Positions 28,898 through 38,701 of a stretch of DNA of 64,000 nt are shown here, piece by piece. How positions within the stretch are numbered: the first letter of the stretch is position 1; every line of letters starts with the position of its first letter. This stretch comes from a virus. A program made the translations under genes and the position numbers. The DNA lies in the IMG/VR virus record IMGVR_UViG_3300042330_000875, positions 64,001 to 128,000 of that record, one strand, 5' to 3'. The notes under the pieces were generated by a model, which saw only the letters and a program-made list of their open reading frames with translations, ran no database searches and was not told the origin of the DNA.

Positions 28898-30685
28898 TTA
28901 ACCGACATAATACGCCACTCCTTCATACTGGAAGTTACCAATCAATTTCACAGCATCGCGTTCAGAAACACTATCGGTATAAAAATGAGTTCCCGTTTTC
29001 GTGTTATAGAAACGGAATAACTCATGCGAACCTTCAATCTTGGTATCGCTTGCCATGTACGCCGTCCCTTCAAACTGGAACCCGGCTAATGCATTCACTG
29101 CATCGCGTTCTTTGGCATCGATTGTGTAGAAGTGGGTTCCGGTATTGGCATTGAAGAAGCGATAAACGGGATCATCGCCACCAGCTAAAGCCTTGAAGCC
29201 GACGCCTTCATAAAGGAACTGGTCGAGATTATTCAGAACGGTGTTTCGTTCGGTCTGGCTATTGGAATAGAAGTGCGTCCCTGTTTGGGTATTATAAAAC
29301 CGATAAATGTTCAATGGATCAGCCGAACCATTGAAAACTGATACATCCAATTTCAAATTATTGAATTGGACCGTTTCGACATTGGTTAATCGGTCGGTTC
29401 CGTCTTCGGATTTAACGATGACGGTTGACCCATCGATTTTTAAACGAACATTAGCGTTGTACGTAGCGTTGATAACAACCGTGTCGTTTCCGGCCCCAAG
29501 ATTGATTGTATCGCTGCCACGGCCACCAGAAACGCTATCGGCACCTGAAGAACCCGTAATCGTGTCGTTATTAAAGGAGCCGCTGTACGTGCCTGCAATG
29601 GTCTTTGTGAGGCCGTCTAGCTCACCATCGGTATAAGCAGTGCGAACAACGTTTTCTGCTTGTTTATCGATGACGGTCCAATCATTATTATTCCCATTGT
29701 TTTCGGCTGTAGAGGTATTTCTCCCATTCCAAACGGCAGTTCCCATAAATTTATCGCCTAATTCGCTACTCATGACCGAAAGAACAGCCTTATACCAATC
29801 AGCTTGTTCTTTTTGGTCCGAAGGGGCTAAGTTATAATCACTTGGTTCTTGCATCGTTCCAGAGCCGTCATAACTTTGAACGCCAATTTCAGTAAACATA
29901 ATTTTCTTACCGGTTGTTTCAGCAAGATTTTTTAGGTAATCAACCCAATTTACTTTTCTTGAGTTATCACCATATAAAGCGCGAACAAAATCATCATAAT
30001 TCGCGTTCTTACTGAGTGTTAATTGCGGATAAAAATCTACTCCGATGTAATCAAGTTTATCAAGCCACTTGATATTCGCCAATTCATTGGCTGGAACATA
30101 ATTAGGCTGAAAGCCCACAAATGCGGCATAGGTTAATTTGCCTGAATAAACTGAACGGATTTGTGAAATTAGGCTTTCCCAATATCCCTTTGTGTCGCCA
30201 GTTGTGAAATGAAGCATCTCATTCCCAATTGCAATGGCTTCAACTCCCTTTGATTGGCAAGCTTTCGCTAAATCAACCATATACGCGGTATATTGTTGAA
30301 AGAATGCAGCTTTATCACCAACATTTGAGTTGGTTGGTAAATTAAAATTTGTAAACTTATCCAGACCATTTTCTACATAGAAATCTACTACTTGTTGACG
30401 AATGGTAACAGCTAACCCTTGATTATGGAGATAATCGGCTTTGCTCATCAATTCATCAATGGTGTAACCGCCACGCACTGGAATCGTATTTTGGTAATAT
30501 GTTACTGCCAAAGGGTCAAAGTTATTCTTATCTTCTTCCCATTCAACGATGCTGCCAAGATAGGCGTGATTTGCCCCCATAGTTTTGTACTGATCGACAA
30601 TATAATTAAAATTAACTTCGCTATAGGTAATGTTTTTTGTTCCCATATATGTGAAGGCTTTTTGTTCGAAACGAGTGGTTTGCAT
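28898..30685 (-). CDS. Secreted GH113-like TIM-barrel glycoside hydrolase with RTX-type and DUF5648-like repeats
   Basis: IAIGNE, LDYIGVDFY, FTEIG; GGxGxD nonapeptides; 3x YRFYNxxTGTHFY repeats. Confidence 0.75.
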   Translation of the reverse strand: MQTTRFEQKAFTYMGTKNITYSEVNFNYIVDQYKTMGANHAYLGSIVEWEEDKNNFDPLAVTYYQNTIPVRGGYTIDELMSKADYLHNQGLAVTIRQQVVDFYVENGLDKFTNFNLPTNSNVGDKAAFFQQYTAYMVDLAKACQSKGVEAIAIGNEMLHFTTGDTKGYWESLISQIRSVYSGKLTYAAFVGFQPNYVPANELANIKWLDKLDYIGVDFYPQLTLSKNANYDDFVRALYGDNSRKVNWVDYLKNLAETTGKKIMFTEIGVQSYDGSGTMQEPSDYNLAPSDQKEQADWYKAVLSVMSSELGDKFMGTAVWNGRNTSTAENNGNNNDWTVIDKQAENVVRTAYTDGELDGLTKTIAGTYSGSFNNDTITGSSGADSVSGGRGSDTINLGAGNDTVVINATYNANVRLKIDGSTVIVKSEDGTDRLTNVETVQFNNLKLDVSVFNGSADPLNIYRFYNTQTGTHFYSNSQTERNTVLNNLDQFLYEGVGFKALAGGDDPVYRFFNANTGTHFYTIDAKERDAVNALAGFQFEGTAYMASDTKIEGSHELFRFYNTKTGTHFYTDSVSERDAVKLIGNFQYEGVAYYVG

Positions 30686-30808
30686 AACGGTAATCTCCTT
30701 CTGAAAAAAATAGCGTTACAGAAACTCAAAAGAATTTCTGTTTTTACCCAACTATTGATTTACGAAAAAAAGGTTTAGGCGCTTCTGAAACGCCTAAACC
30801 TTTTGGAT

Positions 30809-30961
30809 TTAAGCTTGGAAAGGTCCAGAAACAATCGAACCTTTGCCGTATTGCTGCTCAAGCATGGACCTTGCGTTTCCGGGATTACTCGCTTGGACGG
30901 TAACATCTTCATATGCCCCGTTCGGAAGCCTTACGCGCGCTTTATACGTCTTAGTTGACAT
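30809..30961 (-). CDS. Unannotated 50-aa passenger protein
   Basis: MSTKTYKARVRLPNGAYEDVTVQASNPGNARSMLEQQYGKGSIVSGPFQA; CAGGAG RBS; hairpin terminator near 30768-30804. Confidence 0.65.
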   Translation of the reverse strand: MSTKTYKARVRLPNGAYEDVTVQASNPGNARSMLEQQYGKGSIVSGPFQA

Positions 30962-31072
30962 TTTTCACTCCTGATTGACACCAAACCGCAGATCGAACCG
31001 CTTAACGGCTCAACCTTTTAATCTTTACTATAGTGAATGGTTTGAGGGCTGTAAAGTCCTCAGTGTGCCCGT

Positions 31073-31321
31073 ATGGACATTCGGGAACTGGTTGGATCAA
31101 ATCTTAAACGTTTGCGACTGGAGCGAGGCATAAGCCAAGAAACGCTTGCAGCAGAAGCAGGTATAGCCTCTAGCTTTCTCAGTCAGATCGAAAATGGAAA
31201 ACGCAGCGCAACCATAACAACGCTCGATATTTTGACTAAAACTCTTAATGTCAATATAATTGAATTATTCTCTGAACTCTCTGAAATCCCAAAGGGATTA
31301 CCAAGAGGTCGGCGAAAATAG
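31073..31321 (+). CDS. XRE-family HTH regulator
   Basis: NLKRLRLERGISQETLA..SQIENGKR. Confidence 0.9.
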   Translation: MDIRELVGSNLKRLRLERGISQETLAAEAGIASSFLSQIENGKRSATITTLDILTKTLNVNIIELFSELSEIPKGLPRGRRK

Positions 31322-31393
31322 CTACCCAAATCCTTTATCCTCAAACCTGCCAATCCCGTTAGACGACATATGTTAATATGTTTTGAGGAGGTT

Positions 31394-31600
31394 TCGGGCT
31401 TCTTATGAGAAGCCTTAGCGGTCGATGCTGCGATTGATCGGCTCTATGTGTATCGATTGGAACGGAATCAGGAAAACCCTACCGTTGCCCTCTTAGATCG
31501 ACTCGCAAATGCACTCGGTTGTGACACACGGGATTTTTTCGATGAACCCAATGGCGAATCGCTTCCCGCCCTCAAAAGCGGCAGAAAGAAAAAATCTTAA
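31394..31600 (+). pseudogene. Second XRE-family HTH, disrupted
   Basis: SGFL*EALAVDAAIDRLYVYRLERNQENPTVALLDRLANALG; in-frame TGA at 31406. Confidence 0.65.
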
Positions 31601-31801
31601 ATTTTTACCATTAAAAGTAATTAATGCCTATGCAATTTCGGCCATATGTGTAAACGCCCATCTTGCTTTGATATAACCGTGCTAAATTTAACAGACAATT
31701 TAATTCACTAACCTTCATCAAAATTTGAGCTTCAATTTGTAAAATGTCATTTTGCATTGTTCGGCCTTTCAATAAATTATGATTGTATTTATATTTGATG
31801 A

Positions 31802-32140
31802 ATGAAATTTTATTTCGATATTGACATACCTCTCAGAATTGATAATGCTTTTTTGGAGAGCCATAGATATAAAGAGATTTCAGAAATGGACGAAAATCAG
31901 AAAAAAATCCTTAATGAGTTAAAATTCTTTGAACATAAAAGAGAAGAATTAAAAAGAGATTTTGATAAAAAAGAATATTTTCATTTTGAGTATCGTTTCG
32001 TCTATGGAGATTTATCTTTTGTAATTCCAGTAGATTTTGCTAAAGAAAAGGAAATGACCCAAGAGGAATTAACTACTGAAGGGCTTGATGCTCTTAAACA
32101 ATTCGTCGTTTTGATCGCCAAAAAAGTCGTGGAAGGCTGA
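31802..32140 (+). CDS. Hypothetical passenger protein
   Basis: 112-aa ORF. Confidence 0.55.
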   Translation: MKFYFDIDIPLRIDNAFLESHRYKEISEMDENQKKILNELKFFEHKREELKRDFDKKEYFHFEYRFVYGDLSFVIPVDFAKEKEMTQEELTTEGLDALKQFVVLIAKKVVEG

Positions 32141-32314
32141 TTCCAAAACGATAGAGGAATTTCTCTATTTTCCCGGCACGAGGCATAGCACCATATTTTA
32201 TTAACCAAGGTGGATCAGATAAAAAGCTATCCAACCAACGCAAAAAATTTTCCCATAATTTATTGAAATACTTCATCATTTATAAATATATTTATACAAA
32301 ATGAGGGAAATAAA

Positions 32315-32545
32315 ATGAATAATACCGATAAAAGAGTTTTAGAGCTTTATGAGGAAGCAAAAAACGAAATTGAAAAAATAGTCATAAAACATGCTGAAAA
32401 AATTGTTTCATTCACAAAAGAAAATAACATTCCGAACACGGATCATGTCGTGTTTGGAACGAAATTGGGTTATGGTGATGATTTATCATTAACTGCTCAG
32501 CGATTATCGGCTTCTGTCATGTTTAAATCAATGAACCTAAATTAA
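32315..32545 (+). CDS. Hypothetical passenger protein
   Basis: GAGG RBS. Confidence 0.55.
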   Translation: MNNTDKRVLELYEEAKNEIEKIVIKHAEKIVSFTKENNIPNTDHVVFGTKLGYGDDLSLTAQRLSASVMFKSMNLN

Positions 32546-32877
32546 ACACATACTTTCATACCTTGAGTAGCATGAGCTAGTTCTGAAGCAAAATTAAAAA
32601 ATTTTTCTTCAGCTAATTTGTAAATATAATTTGGATTATTTATCGACTGGCCGTTCTGTTTTAATTCTTCGTCCGAGATAAAAATTTCTAATGTATTCGG
32701 AGGATTGTGAAGTGCGTTAGTAGTCAACGATACTGTAACTACTATCCCGCTATTTACGCGACGCTGACTCACAAAACATATCGTTGTTGCCATAACGCTA
32801 TCTCCATCTAAATCAACCCAATAACCGTAATTCGAGACGCGAAAATCTGTCAATGCAATCCTAAGAAGAAAATTCAA
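32542..32877 (-). CDS. Hypothetical passenger protein
   Basis: ORF; start uncertain. Confidence 0.45.
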   Translation of the reverse strand: MNFLLRIALTDFRVSNYGYWVDLDGDSVMATTICFVSQRRVNSGIVVTVSLTTNALHNPPNTLEIFISDEELKQNGQSINNPNYIYKLAEEKFFNFASELAHATQGMKVCV

Positions 32878-32951
32878 TTAAATAACGAAAATAATATGTT
32901 AATTGTAAAAATCTTATGTCTCGGTTGGTGGCGTTTGATACATAATACCGG

Positions 32952-33034
32952 AGTTTTGTTAAGTTGCAGTTGTACGAACTCTCTCAATATTTCCTTGTTT
33001 TCTGCGGCTCTCCATGAATAGAAAATTTATTAGA
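32952..33034 (-). repeat. Promoter-cassette repeat copy 1, distal half
   Basis: TTTTGTTAAGTTGCAGTTG..GAACTCTCTCAATATTTCCTTGTTTTCTGCGGCTCT matches the 40263 and 44743 copies. Confidence 0.85.
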
Positions 33035-33054
33035 CAAGAGAGAATTGAAATGTT

Positions 33055-33363
33055 TTATGTGTATTTTAACAGCATTTCAACTTGAAAGGCACTGTCTTGA
33101 TTTGGATGATTTAAAAGCCAATCATGAATACCATAATATTGAACATTTTTTATATAAAACCAATACGTTTCATCAGGATTAATAATTGATGGGCCATTTA
33201 GTCTATGTAATATTCTGCCTCTTTCACACCATCTTTTATATCCAGTTGATAAGATTTCAAGTGCGGGTGTATTTTCATTTGGTGAGGAAATTTTAAACAC
33301 AGGGATAATATAAGGAATTACGGTTGTGAATTTTTCACCATCAATATAATAAATATAACTCAT
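33055..33363 (-). CDS. HRLTGPA-family paralog copy 9 (tail B)
   Basis: Ends HPNQDSAFQVEMLLKYT. Confidence 0.9.
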   Translation of the reverse strand: MSYIYYIDGEKFTTVIPYIIPVFKISSPNENTPALEILSTGYKRWCERGRILHRLNGPSIINPDETYWFYIKNVQYYGIHDWLLNHPNQDSAFQVEMLLKYT

Positions 33364-33483
33364 TTAGTGATCCAATTAGATATGTGTTTAATCGCGTTTT
33401 AAGGCATGTTTTAGAGGTTTTAAGATAATTTATAGCTCTACCTACGTTAATATATTTAATGTGCCTTGTAGAGCTTTAAAATG

Positions 33484-33513
33484 AAAAGAGGGAAATTTAA
33501 ATTTCCCTCTTTT
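33484..33513. terminator. Palindromic terminator, identical to 44071-44100
   Basis: AAAAGAGGGAAATTT|AAATTTCCCTCTTTT. Confidence 0.85.
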
Positions 33514-33515
33514 GT

Positions 33516-33698
33516 TTAGTTGATTAGATAAAAACTTGGAATTGCAATTTCGCAATTAAAGTCTCGATCTTCAATTAGCAATTCTGCGTGACGTTCATCG
33601 CGTGCTAGAATTTCAAATTGTTCTTGGCCCATAAATGCAGGCCCGCCAAATTCGGTACAATCATTATAACGATCAACAATAACATGAAACTTTTGCAT
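33516..33698 (-). CDS. Small hypothetical protein
   Basis: GGAG RBS; TTGACA promoter upstream. Confidence 0.65.
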   Translation of the reverse strand: MQKFHVIVDRYNDCTEFGGPAFMGQEQFEILARDERHAELLIEDRDFNCEIAIPSFYLIN

Positions 33699-33768
33699 TT
33701 TAATTCTCCCAATTGGTTGATGATTTGAATTTAAAACATTTTTTATTTTTTGTCAACAGAAAAATGTT

Positions 33769-34863
33769 TTAAAAAAGTAAATTATAATTAAATGATTTTT
33801 TAATAAATGGACTTAATGTTACAGTGCCTTTTTCATTTTCATAAATTAAACTACCATCTTTTGTGATTTCTACAAAGTCTTTTTGTTCAAACATAATTTC
33901 TCCCCATTCGTAAGAAGAAGTCATAGGTTGAGGTGAACAACCTTCTAATGATTTTGTTTTTTTCTTTTGAGAAGAGAAAATTTTATATTCAATACTAAAA
34001 TCATCTTCTTGTAATGGTGAATGAATTGAATAAGTAGTTACTTCAATTTTATCATTATTTTTTAATTTAAGATTGATTTCATAAGATTGTGAACCTTCTG
34101 GACGAATATTAATATGTTCTAAAACTTCATTTAAAGTATCATTTTTATAACGATTTAAATCTTCAACTAATGCGGTTAAAAGATCAAATGTGAAATCTTG
34201 AATTGTAAAACTTAATACCAAAATATCTTTGATTAATTCTTTACGAATTAAATTTTCTTCACAATAATCTTTAATAGTTTTTTCATCTAAACCATTATAA
34301 GAATAAAAATAGAAAATTCTTCCTGGTCGATTGATTAAATTTTTATCTAATCGACTAAAACTATTACAGCTTAAAATAAACAATTGATTGGTAGTCATTG
34401 TACCATCCAATAAAGTTAACATTAATTCTTGTTGTTCTTCATTAAAGACTTTTTCATATTCATCTAAAACAACAACTACATTTCCTAATGTTGACATGAA
34501 GGTTTTAAAATTATCCATATCTGGAAATGCTGTATTAATTACAATTGTAGCAAATCCAAGTTTTTTTGCTTGTAATGAAACAAGTTTTGATAAAACTGTT
34601 TTACCTGAACCTTTGGTTCCTTGAAGTAAAACACCAGTATTTTGTTTACGATCTTGATAAGTATTTAAAATACGATTTGCTCTTTTTTCGGCATCACCAT
34701 AAATTTTATCTGGTAATTTAAAATCTGGCATAAGTTCCAAATAAAAACCACTAATAATTGAAAATTTAACTGCATAGGTATTTGGTGGAAGTTTTTTGTG
34801 ATTAATTCCTTGAAGATTGTTTTTTACAAAAACTTTATCTCCGGTTTCATGATATGTAAACAA
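33769..34863 (-). CDS. AAA+ ATPase
   Basis: GTKGSGKT, VLDEYEK, LLDG, NRPGRI. Confidence 0.85.
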   Translation of the reverse strand: MFTYHETGDKVFVKNNLQGINHKKLPPNTYAVKFSIISGFYLELMPDFKLPDKIYGDAEKRANRILNTYQDRKQNTGVLLQGTKGSGKTVLSKLVSLQAKKLGFATIVINTAFPDMDNFKTFMSTLGNVVVVLDEYEKVFNEEQQELMLTLLDGTMTTNQLFILSCNSFSRLDKNLINRPGRIFYFYSYNGLDEKTIKDYCEENLIRKELIKDILVLSFTIQDFTFDLLTALVEDLNRYKNDTLNEVLEHINIRPEGSQSYEINLKLKNNDKIEVTTYSIHSPLQEDDFSIEYKIFSSQKKKTKSLEGCSPQPMTSSYEWGEIMFEQKDFVEITKDGSLIYENEKGTVTLSPFIKKSFNYNLLF

Positions 34864-34952
34864 TTTTATTTTCCTTCTTTAAAACTCTTGACATAAGCTA
34901 ACTTGGATGTTAAAGTTTGTCAATTGAAAAAACGGAAAGAATAGAAAATTTT

Positions 34953-35294
34953 ATGAGTTTAACATATTTTATTGATGGAAATTCTAAATTAACCAAAGAA
35001 TATTCCAAAGTATTATTATCAATTCCTTATTATAATGATAAAACCTTAGATAATATTAACCTTAATAGTTTATTTTTTTATTTAACTGGAAAAGAAAATA
35101 TTGATGTACCAAAAAATTTTTACAATACTATTTTGTCATTTTTTGATTTAGAAGAAATTTATTTATTATATCCATTAGGTAATTTTGAAATAAAAAGTAT
35201 TAATCAAGAAAATAATGTTAACTTATTTAATTTTGAAATAAAATTTACTTTTAATAATAGTACCGATGAATTACTTTATATTTTGAGGAAATAA
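34953..35294 (+). CDS. Hypothetical protein with C-terminal tag
   Basis: Likely ATG at 34953; ends NSTDELLYILRK. Confidence 0.65.
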   Translation: MSLTYFIDGNSKLTKEYSKVLLSIPYYNDKTLDNINLNSLFFYLTGKENIDVPKNFYNTILSFFDLEEIYLLYPLGNFEIKSINQENNVNLFNFEIKFTFNNSTDELLYILRK

Positions 35295-35295
35295 A

Positions 35296-35602
35296 ATGAT
35301 AATTTATTACGTTGATAGTGAAAAATTTATAACTGATGATTACAATAAAATTCCTTGGAAAGAAGTTTCATCACCTGATGAAAATACACCAGCAATTCAA
35401 AATTTAAAAACATATTAAGTGGTGGTATAACAAAGGTGGTATTATTCATAGATTAACCGGAACGGCAAGAGCTTGGTCTGATGGATTAGAACAATTTTGG
35501 TTAAATGGAAGATATTATGGTGATGATGTTACATTTTGGCTTAAACATCATCCAAATCAAGATAATACGTTTCAAATAGAAATGTTATTAAAATATTCTT
35601 AG
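35296..35602 (+). pseudogene. HRLTGPA-family paralog copy 10 (tail B), frameshifted
   Basis: MIIYYVDSEKF..SSPDENTPAIQNLKTY* then KWWYNKGGIIHRLTGTA..HPNQDNTFQIEMLLKYS in another frame. Confidence 0.85.
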
Positions 35603-35614
35603 GAGTAATTAAAA

Positions 35615-36532
35615 ATGATTCCAGTTCTTCTTGGTAGTGAAGCGTTGCGAGCTAATAATATTAAAATCACTCGCAAATTAAAAGACATTGATATTTTATC
35701 GGATTTATCAACTGGATTAACTTTTGCTAAACAATTATTTGGTGATACTTTCAATCAAAGAAATAATAAAAATCATTATCATTTCGATAATCGTATTTTT
35801 CATTTAGAAGTTGAAACTATTGATAATCAATTAAGCAATAACTTTTATCAATTAATTCTCAATGATAAAAATACATTTAAAGTTAATCGTCATGATTTTG
35901 AATTTTTAATTCCAAGTACAGAAATTTTGCTTGGTTTAAAATTAACCCATCGTTATAAAAGAAATTCTCCACATTTTATTAAAACCATGCGAGATATTCA
36001 ATATCTTCGCAATTTAGGAATTAAAGTACCTGAAAGCAAAGAATGGAAAGATTGGTTTAAAGCTAGAGAAAAAGAAACTTATGCTTATGATCATCCAAGT
36101 TTAAACATGACTAAAAAAGATTTTTTTAAAACACCAAATGTAAAATACAAATATGATCATGATTCTATTCATTTAGCTGTAGCTATTGGCGAGCAACCAG
36201 CTTATATGTATTTTAAACCTGAAAATTCAGACGTTTTATGTTCAAAAGAAATGTTTTTTGCCTGTGATTTTTCCGTTCAATTAAATGCTGTAATTGAAGA
36301 AACAATGGTTTTAGCTTTAGAGCGTTCATTAATCCCAACTGAATTTAAAGCAAGACCAATTTTTGCTTATGAAACAGCATTAAAAAATATTTGCACTGGA
36401 ACAACTTCTGGATGGTTTCGTGAATTTGCATGGGAAAATTATGATTTAGCATTAAATGCTTTTAATTTAGATTTTGTTGAAAAATATCATCGTGCTTTCA
36501 AGGATGGTAATATTTTACCTTTTAAGGAATAA
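35615..36532 (+). CDS. Conserved phage protein with nucleotidyltransferase-like N-terminus
   Basis: LLGSEAL..KDIDI; HDSIH, EETMVLALER, SGWFR. Confidence 0.6.
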   Translation: MIPVLLGSEALRANNIKITRKLKDIDILSDLSTGLTFAKQLFGDTFNQRNNKNHYHFDNRIFHLEVETIDNQLSNNFYQLILNDKNTFKVNRHDFEFLIPSTEILLGLKLTHRYKRNSPHFIKTMRDIQYLRNLGIKVPESKEWKDWFKAREKETYAYDHPSLNMTKKDFFKTPNVKYKYDHDSIHLAVAIGEQPAYMYFKPENSDVLCSKEMFFACDFSVQLNAVIEETMVLALERSLIPTEFKARPIFAYETALKNICTGTTSGWFREFAWENYDLALNAFNLDFVEKYHRAFKDGNILPFKE

Positions 36533-36537
36533 ATTTA

Positions 36538-36870
36538 ATGTATGTTTATTATATTGATGGTGAAAAATTTACAACCAATAATAAAGATGAAATTCCTTGG
36601 TGGAAAATTTCATCTCCCGATGAAGACACCCCTGCTTTTGAAGATTTATCTGATGGATTTAAAGCGTGGTGTTTAAAAAATGGATTTGGGGATCGTTTAA
36701 TTGGTCCTGCAAAAATTTGGTCTGATGGAAGAGAAGAATTTTGGTTAAATGACAAACGATATGAAAACGTAAAGGAATGGATTGCAGATCATCCAAATCC
36801 TGATTTGTACTTTCACAATATTGGTATTTTTACTGAAACCGACAAAGTTCTTTGGTTTTTAAAAAATTAA
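36538..36870 (+). CDS. HRLTGPA-family paralog copy 11 (tail A)
   Basis: Ends TETDKVLWFLKN; terminator at 36871-36898. Confidence 0.9.
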   Translation: MYVYYIDGEKFTTNNKDEIPWWKISSPDEDTPAFEDLSDGFKAWCLKNGFGDRLIGPAKIWSDGREEFWLNDKRYENVKEWIADHPNPDLYFHNIGIFTETDKVLWFLKN

Positions 36871-36988
36871 AGGGGGAGAAACAATTCTCCCCCTTTTTAT
36901 CATTAACGAACGGTTACAATCGCATAGCCAACTAGAATTTCGCTTACCACAATGAGAAGCAATTCATAAAAACCTCCACCAAATAACT

Positions 36989-37228
36989 TCAGAATGCATA
37001 CCCAGAAAATTCACCCGAAACCCAACGAGGGAAACCGACCAGAATAACGTTTTTCATCCCGGCGTTATAACTATCACCAAACAATGTATCCCCCAAAAAA
37101 CCGTCTGTTTTAATGTCGTTCGCGCTCACAGTTCGTAAACTATCTTCATGCAAGATAGTGTACCCTGCTTTTACTTCAGATATATGTACCTCTTTTGTGA
37201 CGTATTGTTTTACCAGCGTCATTTTCAT
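36989..37228 (-). CDS. Small hypothetical protein
   Basis: AAGGAG RBS; promoter at 37295-37267. Confidence 0.7.
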   Translation of the reverse strand: MKMTLVKQYVTKEVHISEVKAGYTILHEDSLRTVSANDIKTDGFLGDTLFGDSYNAGMKNVILVGFPRWVSGEFSGYAF

Positions 37229-37266
37229 CTCTCCTTTATACGATAAATTGCCGTCTTGATGAAACC

Positions 37267-37295
37267 AATATAGAAAATTTTTTGGTTGTTGTCAA
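37267..37295 (-). promoter_or_regulatory. Sigma70-type promoter of the AAAATTTTCT class
   Basis: TTGACA-17-TATATT followed by TTTCATCAAGACGG. Confidence 0.8.
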
Positions 37296-37309
37296 GCACT
37301 TTTTTAAAT

Positions 37310-37615
37310 TTAATTTTTTAAATCCCAAAGAACTAATTCAAGATTGGTTGGTTCAATTTCGATTGCAATTAAATCATGTGGATATGGATTAATAGAAGTA
37401 AAAATATCATACATTATAAGGCTATCTAATTTTATTAATTTAACAATTTTAAAATGTTTTTTAATTTCATCTAATAAATCAATCATACTTTTATTATGAA
37501 ATTTATTAGAAATTGTATTATTGATATAATCAATATCATAAGAAGTAACATTACCAACAGCTACAATTTCATCTATTAATTTTATATTTTTTCCATAATG
37601 TATATATTTTATCAT
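37310..37615 (-). CDS. Hypothetical protein with C-terminal tag
   Basis: Ends TNLELVLWDLKN. Confidence 0.65.
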   Translation of the reverse strand: MIKYIHYGKNIKLIDEIVAVGNVTSYDIDYINNTISNKFHNKSMIDLLDEIKKHFKIVKLIKLDSLIMYDIFTSINPYPHDLIAIEIEPTNLELVLWDLKN

Positions 37616-37697
37616 TTATTATTCCTTCTATATCAATCTTATATTGTTTATTTTTAAGAGTCAACAGAAATTAATTTAAAATTTTTCTAAATATTAG

Positions 37698-38174
37698 ATG
37701 GCAAGTTATCACCAAGGCACATATGAACCAAAAAATCGTGAAAAATATATAGGAAAATATCCTTTATATTATCGTAGTTCTTGGGAATTAACATATTTTC
37801 AAGTTTTAGATTCCAATCCGGCTGTTATTCAATGGGCAAGTGAAAGTATTAAAATACCTTATCTTCATCCTTTTACTGGAAAATATGCGAATTATATTCC
37901 AGATTTATTAATTATTTATTTGAATAAAGATTTACAACAAATAGCAGAATTAATTGAGATAAAACCTTTAAGAGAAACATTACAAGAATATGCTAAAACA
38001 AAAAATGATTTAATAAATCTTACAATAAATAAAGTAAAATGGCAAGCTGCACAAGAATTTTGTCAAATGAAAGGTTTAAAGTTTCGTGTAATGACCGAAG
38101 AACAATTATTTGGTAGTAAAAATAAACCTAAAAAATCAACACCAAAAAATCGCAGAACAAGGAAGAAAAAATGA
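37698..38174 (+). CDS. Head completion nuclease (T4 gp4-like, TnsA fold)
   Basis: YRSSWE, WASE..IPY, YIPD, EIKP, NKVKWQAA. Confidence 0.85.
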   Translation: MASYHQGTYEPKNREKYIGKYPLYYRSSWELTYFQVLDSNPAVIQWASESIKIPYLHPFTGKYANYIPDLLIIYLNKDLQQIAELIEIKPLRETLQEYAKTKNDLINLTINKVKWQAAQEFCQMKGLKFRVMTEEQLFGSKNKPKKSTPKNRRTRKKK

Positions 38175-38701
38175 GCAAAAATACTAAAATAGCAGAAGAA
38201 TTGGGATTAGCTAATTTAGAAGATTTAATGCTTGACGATCAAGAAATAATTGAAGAACCAACTAACAGTTTAGTTCTTTATGATGAAGATGATAATGAAG
38301 ATATTTCTAAAAATATTTTACCATCTGAAGATCAAGAAGTTTTAGAATCAGAAAGCGCATTAGTTGATTCGGTTGCTTTGCTAGAAAAAGAAATGTTACA
38401 ACATGCAAGAGATTTAATGGATTTAGGCCATAATGTTGATATACGGGCGGCAGGACAAATTTTTACTATAGCTTCAACAATGTATCAAAATACATTAAAT
38501 GCTCAAATTTCTCGCCGTGATGCTGCTTTGAAAAAACAAAAACTTTTAATTGAAGAAGCTAAATTATTAAAAGAAAGTAAGGTGAAAAATAATTCACCTG
38601 TAGTTAATGTAGCAGTTCAAAATAATATGCCAGAAAACAAAACAGTTTTTGTTGGCACAATTGATGATTTATTAGAGGCAAATAACGATGAAGCTAAGTG
38701 A
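38171..38701 (+). CDS. Possible terminase small subunit-like protein
   Basis: Helical core and C-terminal TVFVGTIDDLL reminiscent of T4 gp16. Confidence 0.4.
   Translation: MSKNTKIAEELGLANLEDLMLDDQEIIEEPTNSLVLYDEDDNEDISKNILPSEDQEVLESESALVDSVALLEKEMLQHARDLMDLGHNVDIRAAGQIFTIASTMYQNTLNAQISRRDAALKKQKLLIEEAKLLKESKVKNNSPVVNVAVQNNMPENKTVFVGTIDDLLEANNDEAK

Larger units (their letters stand above)
25835..32950. mobile_element. IS1595-family (ISNha5-like) transposon with passenger genes, ~7.1 kb
   Basis: 23-bp terminal IRs CGGTATTATGTAGCAAACGCCAC (25835-25857) and 32928-32950 with 1 mismatch; internal transposase; higher GC; splits a phage repeat. Confidence 0.9.

Noticed and set aside
37698-38174. 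Tn7-like TnsA transposon
   Set aside because: No TnsB/TnsC or Tn7 ends; motifs and context fit the T4 gp4-like head completion nuclease
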